A stretch of DNA of 64,000 nucleotides from Rozella allomycis CSF55 (Eukaryota), in NCBI GenBank assembly GCA_000442015.1, contig KE560926.1:1-64000 (forward strand), in the 5' to 3' direction. Within the stretch, counting starts at the first letter, position 1. Each line of letters opens with the position of its first letter. Below are positions 38,052 through 48,652 of the stretch, piece after piece. A program made the translations under genes and the position numbers. The notes under the pieces were generated by a model, which saw nothing but the letters and a program-made list of their open reading frames with translations, did not search any database and was not told where the DNA came from.

Positions 38052-38650
38052 ATGGTAATTATGGTAGTCTTTTGCCGTCATAGTCTAACACACTTCGACC
38101 TTACTTAAACGCTGTGAGATCCACAATATCGGCCGCTATATGCATACAAAATTTCGCTTCACAAGTTGTGGAAAGACATAACAAACCGGAAGTGGAGGTC
38201 GGGTAAAATTTTGTAACTACTCTGATCTAGAAAAAGTAAAGAAATAATATTGAATCCCGTCACTATATCAAGGAATGAAAATGAACGTGTATTGATTGAG
38301 GCATCCATTAATTCGATTAGAGTATCTATTCGTATAAAGCAAGCCGATGATACGGAAAAATTACTCTGCCATAAATTTACAAGATTTCTTATGCAGAGAG
38401 CAGAACATTTTATTATTCTTAGACGAAAACCAGTCGAAGTAAAAAAGGTTATTGTATTCTATGTACACAGGGTTATGACTTAAGCTTTTTAATCACCAAT
38501 TTTCATACAGAACAAATGTACCGTCATAAAATTGTAGATTTCGTTATCACCTTCATGGAGGAAGTTGACAAGGAAATAAGTGACATGAAGCTAACACTAA
38601 ATGCTAGAGCTCGTATTGTAGCTGAAGAATATCTGAAGCAATTTGCTTAA
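38052..38650 (+). CDS. ARPC4: Arp2/3 complex subunit 4 (p20)
   Basis: [13 protein letters not shown]...[70 protein letters not shown]. Confidence 0.96.
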
Positions 38651-38687
38651 TAAACTTTTTCAATTATTTTTTGAAATTCAATTTTTT

Positions 38688-39761
38688 ATGATAATTTTTG
38701 CCTTAAGTTGGATTTTTTCTGGCTGTTGCAGCAATGTTTACACACTGGAATACCTTGTGAGGTACTATATAATAGGCCCGTTAATATAGTCAAGAGAAGT
38801 CTTCTGGCAATTTAATAACATTTGCGCAGTTTTTATTTATTAGTATAGAAGGTTCACTGTATTTTTTCCTACAAAAAATACGAGGTTCCAAAGTCTTTCA
38901 TGTTCCGAAAAGTGAGTGGATTAAGGTGGTAATTATATTCTTTGTTGTCTCTTGCATCAATAACTGGGTATTTGCCTTTTCAATACCGGTTACGCTACAT
39001 ATCATTTTCCGATCTTCATCTTTAGTAATTACCATGATTATCGGTTCGTTTTTTCTAAATAGACAGTAAAAATCATATACATTCATTCTTGATATTCCAA
39101 GAAAGCAATTTATGGAGTGCTCATGGTCTCAATAGGTGTCATTGTATCAACCGTTTCCCAAGTAAACTGCATATATACTATACAATTAGCTTAAATCAGA
39201 AAATCTAAACACCAGTGATCATAATCATATAGCTGGTCTCCTATTGCTGTTCGTAGCAGTAGTATTAAGTTGCATACTAGGAACTATACAAGAATCCATT
39301 TACATTAAATATGGTAAACATTGGAGGGAAGCACTTTTCTTTACAGTATATTCTGTAGCTGAATTTTATTTTTAGCATCTTTTTTCTTTGCCGGGATTTT
39401 TAATAATCTCACCATCAATTGTTGAGGCTGCTAGGCACTACGATGATTATCGCCTTTTTCAATTATGGACATTTCGATTTCAAAATTTATGGGCGGTTTT
39501 GATTCTAAACGTAATAAGCCAGTAAGTAATGAAGGTATCTTTTGTAGGTATGTTTGCATTAGAGGGGTTCACCAATTAAGTTCATTGACGTCCTCAGTAA
39601 CTTTGAATTTGGTTTTGAGTTTAAGAAAATTAGTCTCACTTCTTCTGTCTGCTTATATTTTCGACAATCCGATTTCAGTTAATGGGTGGGTAGGATGTGT
39701 CATAGCCTCATTAGGGACCATTCTATACTCAATGGCAGATATTAAACGGAAAAAGGAATAA
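38688..39761 (+). CDS. YEA4: UDP-GlcNAc/UDP-xylose transporter (Yea4/SLC35B4)
   Basis: IFSGCCSNVYTLE, HIIFRS, YQESIYIKYGKHWREALFF, QYVCIRGVHQL, SVTLNLVLSLRKLVSLLLS; several introns. Confidence 0.9.
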
Positions 39762-39985
39762 AATAAATGTAATCCTTAATGTACACATCTCCTAATGTAA
39801 GCGTCCTTTTCCATAGTTTGGATTGGTGCATTTCAACTTTGACAATAGGCATATTTGACAACCTTGAAACGAGTAAATTTTGCCAGGAACTTGTGCTTAT
39901 GATCACCCTATAACTCAAATTTTGGCCAGTTTCTCAGACTCACATTTTTAAAACTCATTGATGGAATAATAATGAGCAAATATAT

Positions 39986-40302
39986 TTATAATGTATCAGA
40001 TTCATCTTTTTTCTTGGGAGAAACTTCATCCATATACCTCTGAAAGCATCCCGGGCAGACATTGTTTACCAGTTTTGGCTTGCCGCATACTTTACACTTG
40101 GTTACATTGCTTATTAATCTTTGCAATCTCAAACATAATTTTACTTTGGAACCTGTAAAAAGAACTTCCTTCTCGTATAACGTCTATTGTGTTTAGAATA
40201 CGGGACAGCTAATAATACTTCAAGTCCTTTCGCAATATATTCACAAATAAGAGGAACTTTGGATATTAGTCCAGGAATAACAGGTGCGATAATGCTTCCC
40301 AT
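39986..40302 (-). CDS. MRPL32: Mitochondrial ribosomal protein L32 (divergent)
   Basis: Presequence then LLAVPYSKHNRRYTRRK...; second exon NVTKCKVCGKPKLVNNVCPGC (CxxC...CxxC). Confidence 0.72.
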
Positions 40303-40404
40303 TTTAGTAAATTGAATAAATCGGAAAGACAAAATACAAATGTAATAGAAAAACATTCTCTATAACTTATCAAACTCTAATGCAAAGATGACATAGTTGT
40401 TTAT

Positions 40405-40657
40405 TTAGAGGTTCAACTTGGTTCTTCTCCAGTGTCTTCTTTTCGCGTTGTAACTAAAATAACATACGACATTATTAATTACCGAATTTTGTTGTCAGTG
40501 CGAAGTCTAATCCAGTGGGGGATAGGACGATTCTGCTTCATTTTCTTTCCAAGAATACGCTTAATTTTAAAAGACTTTTGAGAAGGCTAATATTAGTATA
40601 AAAAAGAAAAGGATCAGACAAAATAAAAGAAGTTGTTAAATATATACTTCATACCAT
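40405..40657 (-). CDS. RPL39: 60S ribosomal protein L39 (68-nt first intron, short second intron); not in ORF track
   Basis: [51 protein letters not shown]. Confidence 0.97.
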
Positions 40658-40725
40658 TTGAAAAAAAGTCGGCAGGGGTGAACAACGCTGAGCCACCCCT
40701 ACGTAACTTGAAATTTCTTTTATTG

Positions 40726-41473
40726 TTAGTAAAAATTCACATTATCTGAAGAATAAGATGAACAAGTGTCATTGTCACTAGAAATTTCATCTGGGTAATC
40801 GTTCCCAAAATAGCTTTCAGCTAGCACTTAACGCGACATATTTAATTTACCATTGGAATCTTCTGATAGGCCGGATGATTCATCTCCGTCTTCTGAAGCT
40901 AAAAATATATCTTGATCAAAGTAAGGATTCCAGTGTACAATAGGATATGAAGATTGGGGTAGCATACCCTCATTGTCGCTACATGTTATGTAGTAATCAT
41001 AGACATGAAAATTATCTTCACTGAGCGACAAATTCTCAAATTTTAAAGGATCTTTTCTAAATAGTTCAATGTCTTGTTCTTCTCGGTCAAGAATTCCTTC
41101 GTACATGACGCTGTAGTCAACATTTAAACTTGAATATATTCGAATGTGTTAAGTTACTTATCTTCTTGTAATATTTTCCTCTTTTTTAAAATTTTAATGA
41201 ATTTAGAATCATGGGCATCCTCTTTCTTCAATGAATTCGGAAACTGTAAATTGTCTAGACAAAATTCAGCGTTCATAAGATTCTTGTAAATATAATTTGA
41301 AAAAAAGTACTTTCAACTTGTCATCTTCAACATCTGTTCGAAATAATTTGAAAACTTCAGGCTTGTCCTTTTTGAATGGAGGTTGGAGAACTACTTGTTT
41401 TTAACAAAATAAAATCACCTATATTTTCGTATGGAGTATCTGTTTTCTTTCTTTTAATTCGTAATAAAGACAT
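40726..41473 (-). CDS. IWR1: Iwr1/SLC7A6OS-like RNA polymerase II nuclear import factor
   Basis: MSLLRIKRKK N-terminus, VYDYY, acidic EDSN/AESYFGNDYPDE motif. Confidence 0.8.
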
Positions 41474-41656
41474 TCTAATATTTTTTGAAACCAGCCACAC
41501 GAACAGACGAAATTCAGCGCAGACAAAACATAATGGTTATTTATAAAAGAGCATCTATTAAAACTAAAAAATGAAGAAATGTTGCTTTCACCAATAGTTT
41601 TACTTTGATGCTATTCATAGAGCTCCTTCACCAAATGTTTTACCCCTTGACTTCAT

Positions 41657-43630
41657 ATGGAAGGGAAACAAAGCTATACAGAACCCACTAAATTTAATGA
41701 TGAAGAAGATTTTATTAGTGTGACCACGCTACCACAGGTCAGTAGCAGAAGAAGAGTAAGAGCCCATAAGAAGGCAAAGGCAAGCGTGCACCTTCCTATA
41801 AGTACGCTTTTGGCAGATTCCCATAGATTTCAGAAAGCTAATGACGATCATCCTGAAGGCAATGTTAGCTCTGATGAAACAGATGACGAAATCGATGCTA
41901 TAAACCAACAATTAGTCCCATCACAAGGCGACACTGATGAAGAAGAATCTGAAAATCGAAGCCATTATATCCCAAAAAGCATAATGATTTTTTCAAAGTC
42001 GTGGTTGAAGTACTTTATTCAATTTGGACTATTAATTTTGATTTGCATTACCCCGGGTATCCTATGTAAATACAGCGCTATTCAATGCCTTGTTATATCT
42101 AATCTGTCTATTTGGGATATATCATTGTTTATTACAATAGCTGTAACTTCTCTGTTTATTATTCAAGTCATCACTTCTCTTGCTATTTACATTGTGGAAT
42201 ACTCCGAAAGCCGAATTTCATATTACATAAAGCCAATGCGAAGGCCTGTTGTCCTATTTTTATGGAGCGTCTCGCTGTTATTAATATGGAATTTATGGTT
42301 TCGTTTGAGTCTCTCCGATTCCACAAAAGAAGCGATCAAGTTTGGTGAAAAAGCTATATTTACTGGTCTTATAATGTCCAGCATTGGGTTTTCAGTTAAG
42401 GTTATCTGTATGCGGTACCTTGCTATACGATTTCACAGAGGAGCTTACATTAATAGGATAAGGATAAATTTGATTATGGAATACTTAATAGAAAAGTTCT
42501 ATTCGATGTCAAGTACCTTGGTGGGAACAGGGCGGGCTTCAGTTTACATGCTAAAACATCATACCGGTGACGATTCTAACGTTAAAATTAAGTACTTGAA
42601 AGTGAACGAAAAAATCCTATTGCATAACGATTTTTCATCTCATCAATTAGCTGATTTCATTGAGTACTTTAAAGGCAATGCAACATTTAATGCTTGGAAT
42701 GGTGAACTAGAAGAAAATGGTAAACTCTATGGCAAAAGAAAAGCTATCAAAATTATTGGAGAAAACATTTTTAAAAAGTTTCAGCATAATGCTGGTGGTG
42801 CGATTTCTGAAAACGACTTTCGTTTGATATTTAAGTCACATCAACTGTCCAAACAAGCCTTCAGTTTCTTCGATTCAAATTTAGATGGCTTTGTGTCAAA
42901 AGGAGAATTTCAAGCAGCTCTTTTACTTTTATTTAAAGAGAGGAAAGCCTTAACCAGAGCATTGCATGAAGGAGAAAATTCAATCGGGAAACTAGATTCT
43001 GTGATTACAGTGCTATTTATGGTTGTTCTCATTTTGTTGACAATGTTATTTCTTGGAGTAGACATGACCGGATTTTTGGTTACAATTTCATCGGTATTAG
43101 TTTCCTTATCTTTCTCATGTGGTCAATCTCTTCAAAGAATAGTAGATTCAGTGCAATTCGTCTTCTTCATGCACCCTTTCGATATTGGAGATCGTGTTAT
43201 GATAGATGGCATTATTTACCTTATTCATAAAGTGAACATCCTTACCACGGAAATGATAACTCATGATAATACCAAAGTAATTCACCCAAATGCCAAACTG
43301 ATTCATTCGCCCATACATAACTTTAGAAGAAGCCCCGATCAATTTGATATTACTCAATTTGAAATAGATTACAGTACATCACCTGAAAAATTGAAAGAAC
43401 TGGAGCAACGAATAAGCAAGTTTCTCAAATATCAATCCATGCATTTTTATCGTTCCTATGAGATGGAAATAAAGGAAGTCCAAGGAAGAGAAAAGATGTT
43501 GTTAAGACTTTGGATTCAGCATAGAAGTAATTTCCAAAATATGAAGCGTTTTAGAGAGAGACGAACCCTCGCTATCATGAACGTGAAGGCAATATTTGAA
43601 GATTTGCAAATTCTGTATAAAGTGTTATAA
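41657..43630 (+). CDS. MscS-like mechanosensitive channel with EF-hand (Msy1/2 type)
   Basis: AIRFHRGAYINRI, FDSNLDGFVSKGEF (EF-hand), FVFFMHPFDIGDRV, HPNAKL...IHNFRRS; multiple TM segments. Confidence 0.92.
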   Translation: MEGKQSYTEPTKFNDEEDFISVTTLPQVSSRRRVRAHKKAKASVHLPISTLLADSHRFQKANDDHPEGNVSSDETDDEIDAINQQLVPSQGDTDEEESENRSHYIPKSIMIFSKSWLKYFIQFGLLILICITPGILCKYSAIQCLVISNLSIWDISLFITIAVTSLFIIQVITSLAIYIVEYSESRISYYIKPMRRPVVLFLWSVSLLLIWNLWFRLSLSDSTKEAIKFGEKAIFTGLIMSSIGFSVKVICMRYLAIRFHRGAYINRIRINLIMEYLIEKFYSMSSTLVGTGRASVYMLKHHTGDDSNVKIKYLKVNEKILLHNDFSSHQLADFIEYFKGNATFNAWNGELEENGKLYGKRKAIKIIGENIFKKFQHNAGGAISENDFRLIFKSHQLSKQAFSFFDSNLDGFVSKGEFQAALLLLFKERKALTRALHEGENSIGKLDSVITVLFMVVLILLTMLFLGVDMTGFLVTISSVLVSLSFSCGQSLQRIVDSVQFVFFMHPFDIGDRVMIDGIIYLIHKVNILTTEMITHDNTKVIHPNAKLIHSPIHNFRRSPDQFDITQFEIDYSTSPEKLKELEQRISKFLKYQSMHFYRSYEMEIKEVQGREKMLLRLWIQHRSNFQNMKRFRERRTLAIMNVKAIFEDLQILYKVL

Positions 43631-43752
43631 TAAAACTTTAAATTTTAATTGCTTCATAGTTTTATCATTTGGAAGATTTTTATCAACCTTGGAAAATCAA
43701 GTAGAAAACATATTTATTGCATGAACTTTCCAGTATTTAATAACCCATTAAT

Positions 43753-43923
43753 TCAAAACGATGCAAAAACACTTCCATATGCTCGAAACACAGCAATCGC
43801 TGTTGCAAAAACAGTAAGGCTTATAGCTAATTCAGTATTAGGAGATAACTTTTTCTTTGCTTCTCTTTGACCACCTTGACTTGCAAATAATTGGGCAAGA
43901 GCTTCCATTTGTTCAGCGTCCAT
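43753..43923 (-). CDS. 56-aa tail-anchored protein, possibly Tom6-like
   Basis: MDAEQMEALAQLFASQGGQREAKKKLSPNTELAISLTVFATAIAVFRAYGSVFASF: clean ATG-to-stop ORF filling an intergenic gap, with one C-terminal TM. Confidence 0.5.
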   Translation of the reverse strand: MDAEQMEALAQLFASQGGQREAKKKLSPNTELAISLTVFATAIAVFRAYGSVFASF

Positions 43924-44176
43924 GACGAGATTGAAATTTCCTAAAAAGGAATTTTCTTATGTGTTGAAAATGGTGCAGCACAAAAGCAAAATTTTGATGG
44001 TTAAATACAAGTTTTCTAACTTTAGTAAACCAGGTTCTTTCGATTATCCTTGACACAAGGTATTATTAAATTGCTTTTGTTGGAATAACATCACATCAGT
44101 AGAAAATGTATAAATAAAATAAAAGACATTTTTAGTTCCAATTCTAGTTTAATGAGATGAGATAAACAGTAAGAAT

Positions 44177-46091
44177 ATGTCGAAATTTGCTAAAATGAAT
44201 TCTGACAAGAAGCGCAAGATCGACGAAACTTTACCAACTGAAGACACTGAAAAAAAAGTATTTTCATACCTATAGTAATAAAAGGATGATTTCAATTTGT
44301 TGGAATTCCAAAAGAAAGCTATTTGGGTGAAAATGAGAGAGTATAAAGCTCAAAACGAAACTAACCTTTTAAAAATTCAAAATATAAGTGAAAAAAATAA
44401 TAAACTAATAAAGCAAAACGAAAAATATCGATTAACTTTAGAGATGGTATCAAAATGGATAATTTTTAAAACATAGCTTCAGTCTATTTGCAGGAAAGTA
44501 TTAGGAAGAGAAGTAGATTTGGCAAATGAAGAAAATAATGTGGATAAAATGTTAAAAATGATTACAGGTATGAAATGACAAAATGCAGAACAAAAGGACT
44601 TGACAGTGAGAATTTCAAGGAATTGTTGGAAGAAATTAAAGAGGGAGTGACTGTATCAGTGGAAGTTAAGGAAAACTCTGCAAGCGTTGCTGAACTAAAC
44701 AAAGATATAGAGGGAATGAAAGAGGATATTTCTAACTTGCAAAGAAAGTATAATCGATTACTTTTGGAGAATGAAAAACTAAAACAAAAGAAAAACAATA
44801 ATCCTGTCGCTGAAAATAAAAATGAAAATGAGAGTTTAGAAAATAAAGATTTGATAATTGAATTAGATTACCTCAAAAAGCAAAATGAGATGTTTATGAA
44901 TGAAATAGAAGCATTGAAGAAAGTTAAGGTGGATTTAATGACAAAATCAGAAGAATTAAAGGATGAAACTCAAGAGAAAAGATCTAATGATTCTTATGAA
45001 AGGCAAAAAGACGTAATAAAGCAATTGAGAAGAAATATTGATGATTGCAAAGATAGGCTTGCTAAAGAATATGATAAAAGGCATGATTACATTAGAAGGC
45101 TTCAGAGAGAAAATGCTGAAAAATTGGATGATGCAATAAAGCTAGTTCAAGGGCATGATTCTCAAGATATAAAAATGGCAAAAGAGCTGGAAAAGGCAAA
45201 AATCGAATTAAAAGAGTTACGCAATAAATACGAATACTTAAAAAAGAAGAATGAAGAATTCTCAAAGTTAAATACTATAATGGGTCATTACGACTCGTGT
45301 TTGAAGAGAATAAATGCAGATCTTTCTGAGTCTGAATGGATGGCAGAGATTGAGAACATGGCAAAAGCTTTTGAGGAAATGCAGGAACATAATGAAAAGT
45401 TGGAGAAACAACTTTTACAAAAAGAAGATTTAATTTTGCAACTCTTGGGAGAAAAGGTAAAAGTTGACCAGGGTCACAACTTGTTGGAAAAGGAAAGACA
45501 ACTTTTTCAAGAGACTGTTAGTCATTGGAGGAAGAAAGAAGTGACTTTAAATGAATCATTGAAAAAATTGAAAAAGAAGGAACTGGATCTGGAATCTGAA
45601 AAGACTCGTCTAGACAAGGAAATAGCTCTTCGTTACGAAGGTGCAGAATCCATGAAATGGAAGTATAATAATGAAGTTTTAAAATCGAATGAATTAACAT
45701 CCAAACTTGAAAAATTGTCTGGAAAAATGGACAATTTGCAAAAGTCTTTCAAGGAAAAGTTAGTTCAATATGAAAAGGATGTTTTGTATCGTAAAAAATT
45801 TGAAGATGAATGTAAAATGCTAAGGAAAAAGATCCAAGTTATTAAAGGCGAGTCTTCTGAAGATTTTGATGAAATTGCAGCTTACAAAGTAATTCTTATT
45901 AATAGATCCAATGTTAGAAACTACTGTATTGTAGCGCATGTGAAATTCGCCAGAAAGGGGTGATAATAACGCGTTGCATGCATTTATTTTGTAAAGAATG
46001 CATTGATGACCGTTTGGATTCAAGACAGCGCAAATGTCCTTCTTGTGGTGAAGGTTTTGGCCAAAACGACGTAAAGCCAGTTTATTTGTAA
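44177..46091 (+). CDS. BRE1: Histone H2B ubiquitin ligase Bre1
   Basis: EFQKKAIWVKMREYK, long coiled coil, EIENMAKAFEEMQE, C-terminal RING CSAC...CMHLFCKECID...RQRKCPSC. Confidence 0.92.
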
Positions 46092-46133
46092 TAAATTATC
46101 ATTTTACATTTATTAGTTTAGCGTTTTTGTTTG

Positions 46134-47152
46134 TTAATGTCTTTTTGTTAGCTTTCTCTTCTTTCGTTCTTCTTCAAGTTCCATTTCACGTCTATCCTCT
46201 ATTTTAGCAATTTTAGAACTTCGAAGTTCTTCTCTTCTTATTGTTTCCGGGTCTGCTTCCATATCGCTGTCACTAAAGTCGTCACGTCGAGCATATCTTA
46301 TAAACAAGTTTCAACATCTTTTACTTTTGCCTGTTGTATCCAAAGATTTCTCCTATCACTGAGGAAATCATGTTTGGATTACAATCGTCTATATCCTCAC
46401 TGTATTCGTCTTCATCGTAATACTCATCTTCATATTCATCTCGTACTGGTTTAATTCGTCTTTCTGAAACATTTTGCGGTGCCTTTGTAGAACTTCTACC
46501 ATTATTAACCGTGACATTCTTAGCTATAACATTCTTAGCCATAACATTATTAGCTGCGTGGTTCCCTGTAGTTTTCGGCTTTGTTTTGCCTCCATTTGAA
46601 GTTGAAGGTCGCGAGCTGTCCTTCATTGTTACAGCTTTCTTGGATGTCATGGAACTGGTAATCTCTTCTATAGTTCTTAAATCTCTCTTTTTAGTATTAA
46701 GTTTAACTAAATCTCTGGAAAAGGGATCCTTTTCTGTCGTTTTACTAGTTTTAGTTTGAATTGGGATCTTTTTGAGAAACTTTGGCTCTTTAATCTTCTT
46801 TTTTTTTCTTTCTTCTGTAATTTGTCCATCCATTCTCTTAATAAAATCAGGCGTCTTGACCTTTTTCATGTTGACTTGTTCCATTTTTTCCTTGATTGCT
46901 TTTCTTTTTGCTTCATCCATTAACTTTCTAATCTCATCCAGACTCTCCTTTTCTTTCGCAGACTGAAGCGCGCTAATCACATTTTTTCTTTCAGATTCTT
47001 TTCGTTTTTCCAACTCCTTCTTTTCTGATTCTTCTTTCAGCCTTTGTTTCTTCAAGGCATCTGACATGATCTTTTGCTTTATGGACTGCTCTTCAGCCTG
47101 TTTCATGAGTTTATTAAACTAGATTATAATTTTCACGTATAGTTACATCCAT
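46134..47152 (-). CDS. SPT2: Spt2 chromatin protein
   Basis: MD/FNKLMKQA start; SSVIGEIFGYNRQK/YARRDDFSDSDMEA...REELRSSKIAKIEDRRE (SPT2 C-terminal domain). Confidence 0.88.
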
Positions 47153-47215
47153 AAAGGCTCTAAAAATTCAAAAAGTAGAAATTCAAATTTATGAAATATT
47201 GTTTTGGCAATAACC

Positions 47216-47923
47216 ATGTCGTCGATAAAATGGTGGGATGAAAAAAAGTATTCAGCGATATTATTGAATGGATTTAAAGGCTTTGTTGACTGGCCATTGT
47301 TCAGGAATGTTTGGGAAAATGCGCAATGTAAATTGTGCGCTGATGGAGCAGCGAATTCTCTTTTAGCCGAGACCAAGGAAAAATTTAGTTCAGTAAATTT
47401 TGTACCTGACGCTATTGTTGGGGATTTAGATTCTTTAGACGAATTAACAAGAATAGAGTACCAAAAGGCCAATGTTGCAATTATACATGATTCGTGCCAA
47501 GATACTACAGATTTAACTAAATGCCTTAAATGTTTGGAAAAAATTCCATTATCGAATCCAGTTTTCGTATTTGGTGCATTCGGTGGTAGAGTGGACCAAT
47601 CTCTTTCATCTATTCACAGCTCACTTTTATTTAATCATAAACGAATATATTTAATGAATAAAGAATGCTTATCAACAGTATTACAACCAGGAAACTCTAG
47701 CATTATCATTAACGAAAAACATGAAGGACCTATTTGCGGGGTTTTGCCTATTGTTCAAAGTAAAACGGTGGTTAGTACCACTGGCTTGAAATGGAATTTG
47801 GATAATGCAAACTTATCATATGGCTCACTTATTAGCTCCTCAAACAAAGCGGTAGACACAGTCGTAACAATTACGACTAATCAACCAGTATTATGGACAA
47901 TTTGCTTTAAAAATGTTTCATAA
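47216..47923 (+). CDS. THI80: Thiamine pyrophosphokinase
   Basis: ILLN, CADGAAN, PDAIVGDLDS, QDTTDLTKCL, GAFGGRVDQ, CGVLP, TTGLKWNL, LISSSN. Confidence 0.95.
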   Translation: MSSIKWWDEKKYSAILLNGFKGFVDWPLFRNVWENAQCKLCADGAANSLLAETKEKFSSVNFVPDAIVGDLDSLDELTRIEYQKANVAIIHDSCQDTTDLTKCLKCLEKIPLSNPVFVFGAFGGRVDQSLSSIHSSLLFNHKRIYLMNKECLSTVLQPGNSSIIINEKHEGPICGVLPIVQSKTVVSTTGLKWNLDNANLSYGSLISSSNKAVDTVVTITTNQPVLWTICFKNVS

Positions 47924-47952
47924 AGAATAATTATAATTTTGTCACTTAATAT

Positions 47953-48602
47953 TTATTGCTGATAACTATTGACCCATTCCTGATAATGAGCTTCATGCTT
48001 GCGACTTTGGTATCTCACCAATGACAAGGAAGCCAAAACTTTAACATTGATGTGACCATAGTATCCCGCTTTTTTCAACAGCGAGACAATAGTCTCATAC
48101 TTTGTCCATCCTTTGAATGTGATCGTTCATACGTTTTTACCTTGATTATGAGCTACTTCTGGTAGATAAGTTGCAGAATGAGATTTGTAGTTTATCTTTA
48201 TTCCATGAATTCCGACATCCCAGTTGTCCCACTTTAGATCATCTTCAAAATCGTCCAAAATTGATACAGCACAAGACAAGTGAGATATCTCTTCCACGGT
48301 AATTGGTGAAAATCTTGAATCATTAAATGCACTTGTACTATTAGCTAGTCTAGGTTACCTCGTCAATGCATACTTTTTGATTCCACTGTGCAAATCAAGG
48401 GGATTGAAAGTTCCGATGCACCCTCGCAATTCCTTTTTCCCATTTTGATGTGTATACCAGGTAATAAACAGTGGCCAAATATACCCAATGTATTTTAATG
48501 TTACTTTTTAGAGTTTTCAAATTGCGGCTCTGTAGGGGGTGAATCGCCGTTTAAATGATTTGATAAAATCTCAAAACAATAGAAACAATGATCTGGAGTC
48601 AT
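47953..48602 (-). CDS. AMMECR1-family protein (3 micro-introns); not in ORF track
   Basis: [73 protein letters not shown]. Confidence 0.93.
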
Positions 48603-48652
48603 TTAAGAGATTTGAATAAAGTTACGGAATATCACCAGGGTTAAATAATTTT

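Noticed and set aside
7903-47923. Vitamin (thiamine/B6) gene cluster or TPP riboswitch
   Set aside because: The Ecm15-like gene, SNO1 and THI80 are 13-26 kb apart with unrelated genes between them. No PDX1/SNZ partner is adjacent, and I found no TPP aptamer motifs in their UTRs or introns.
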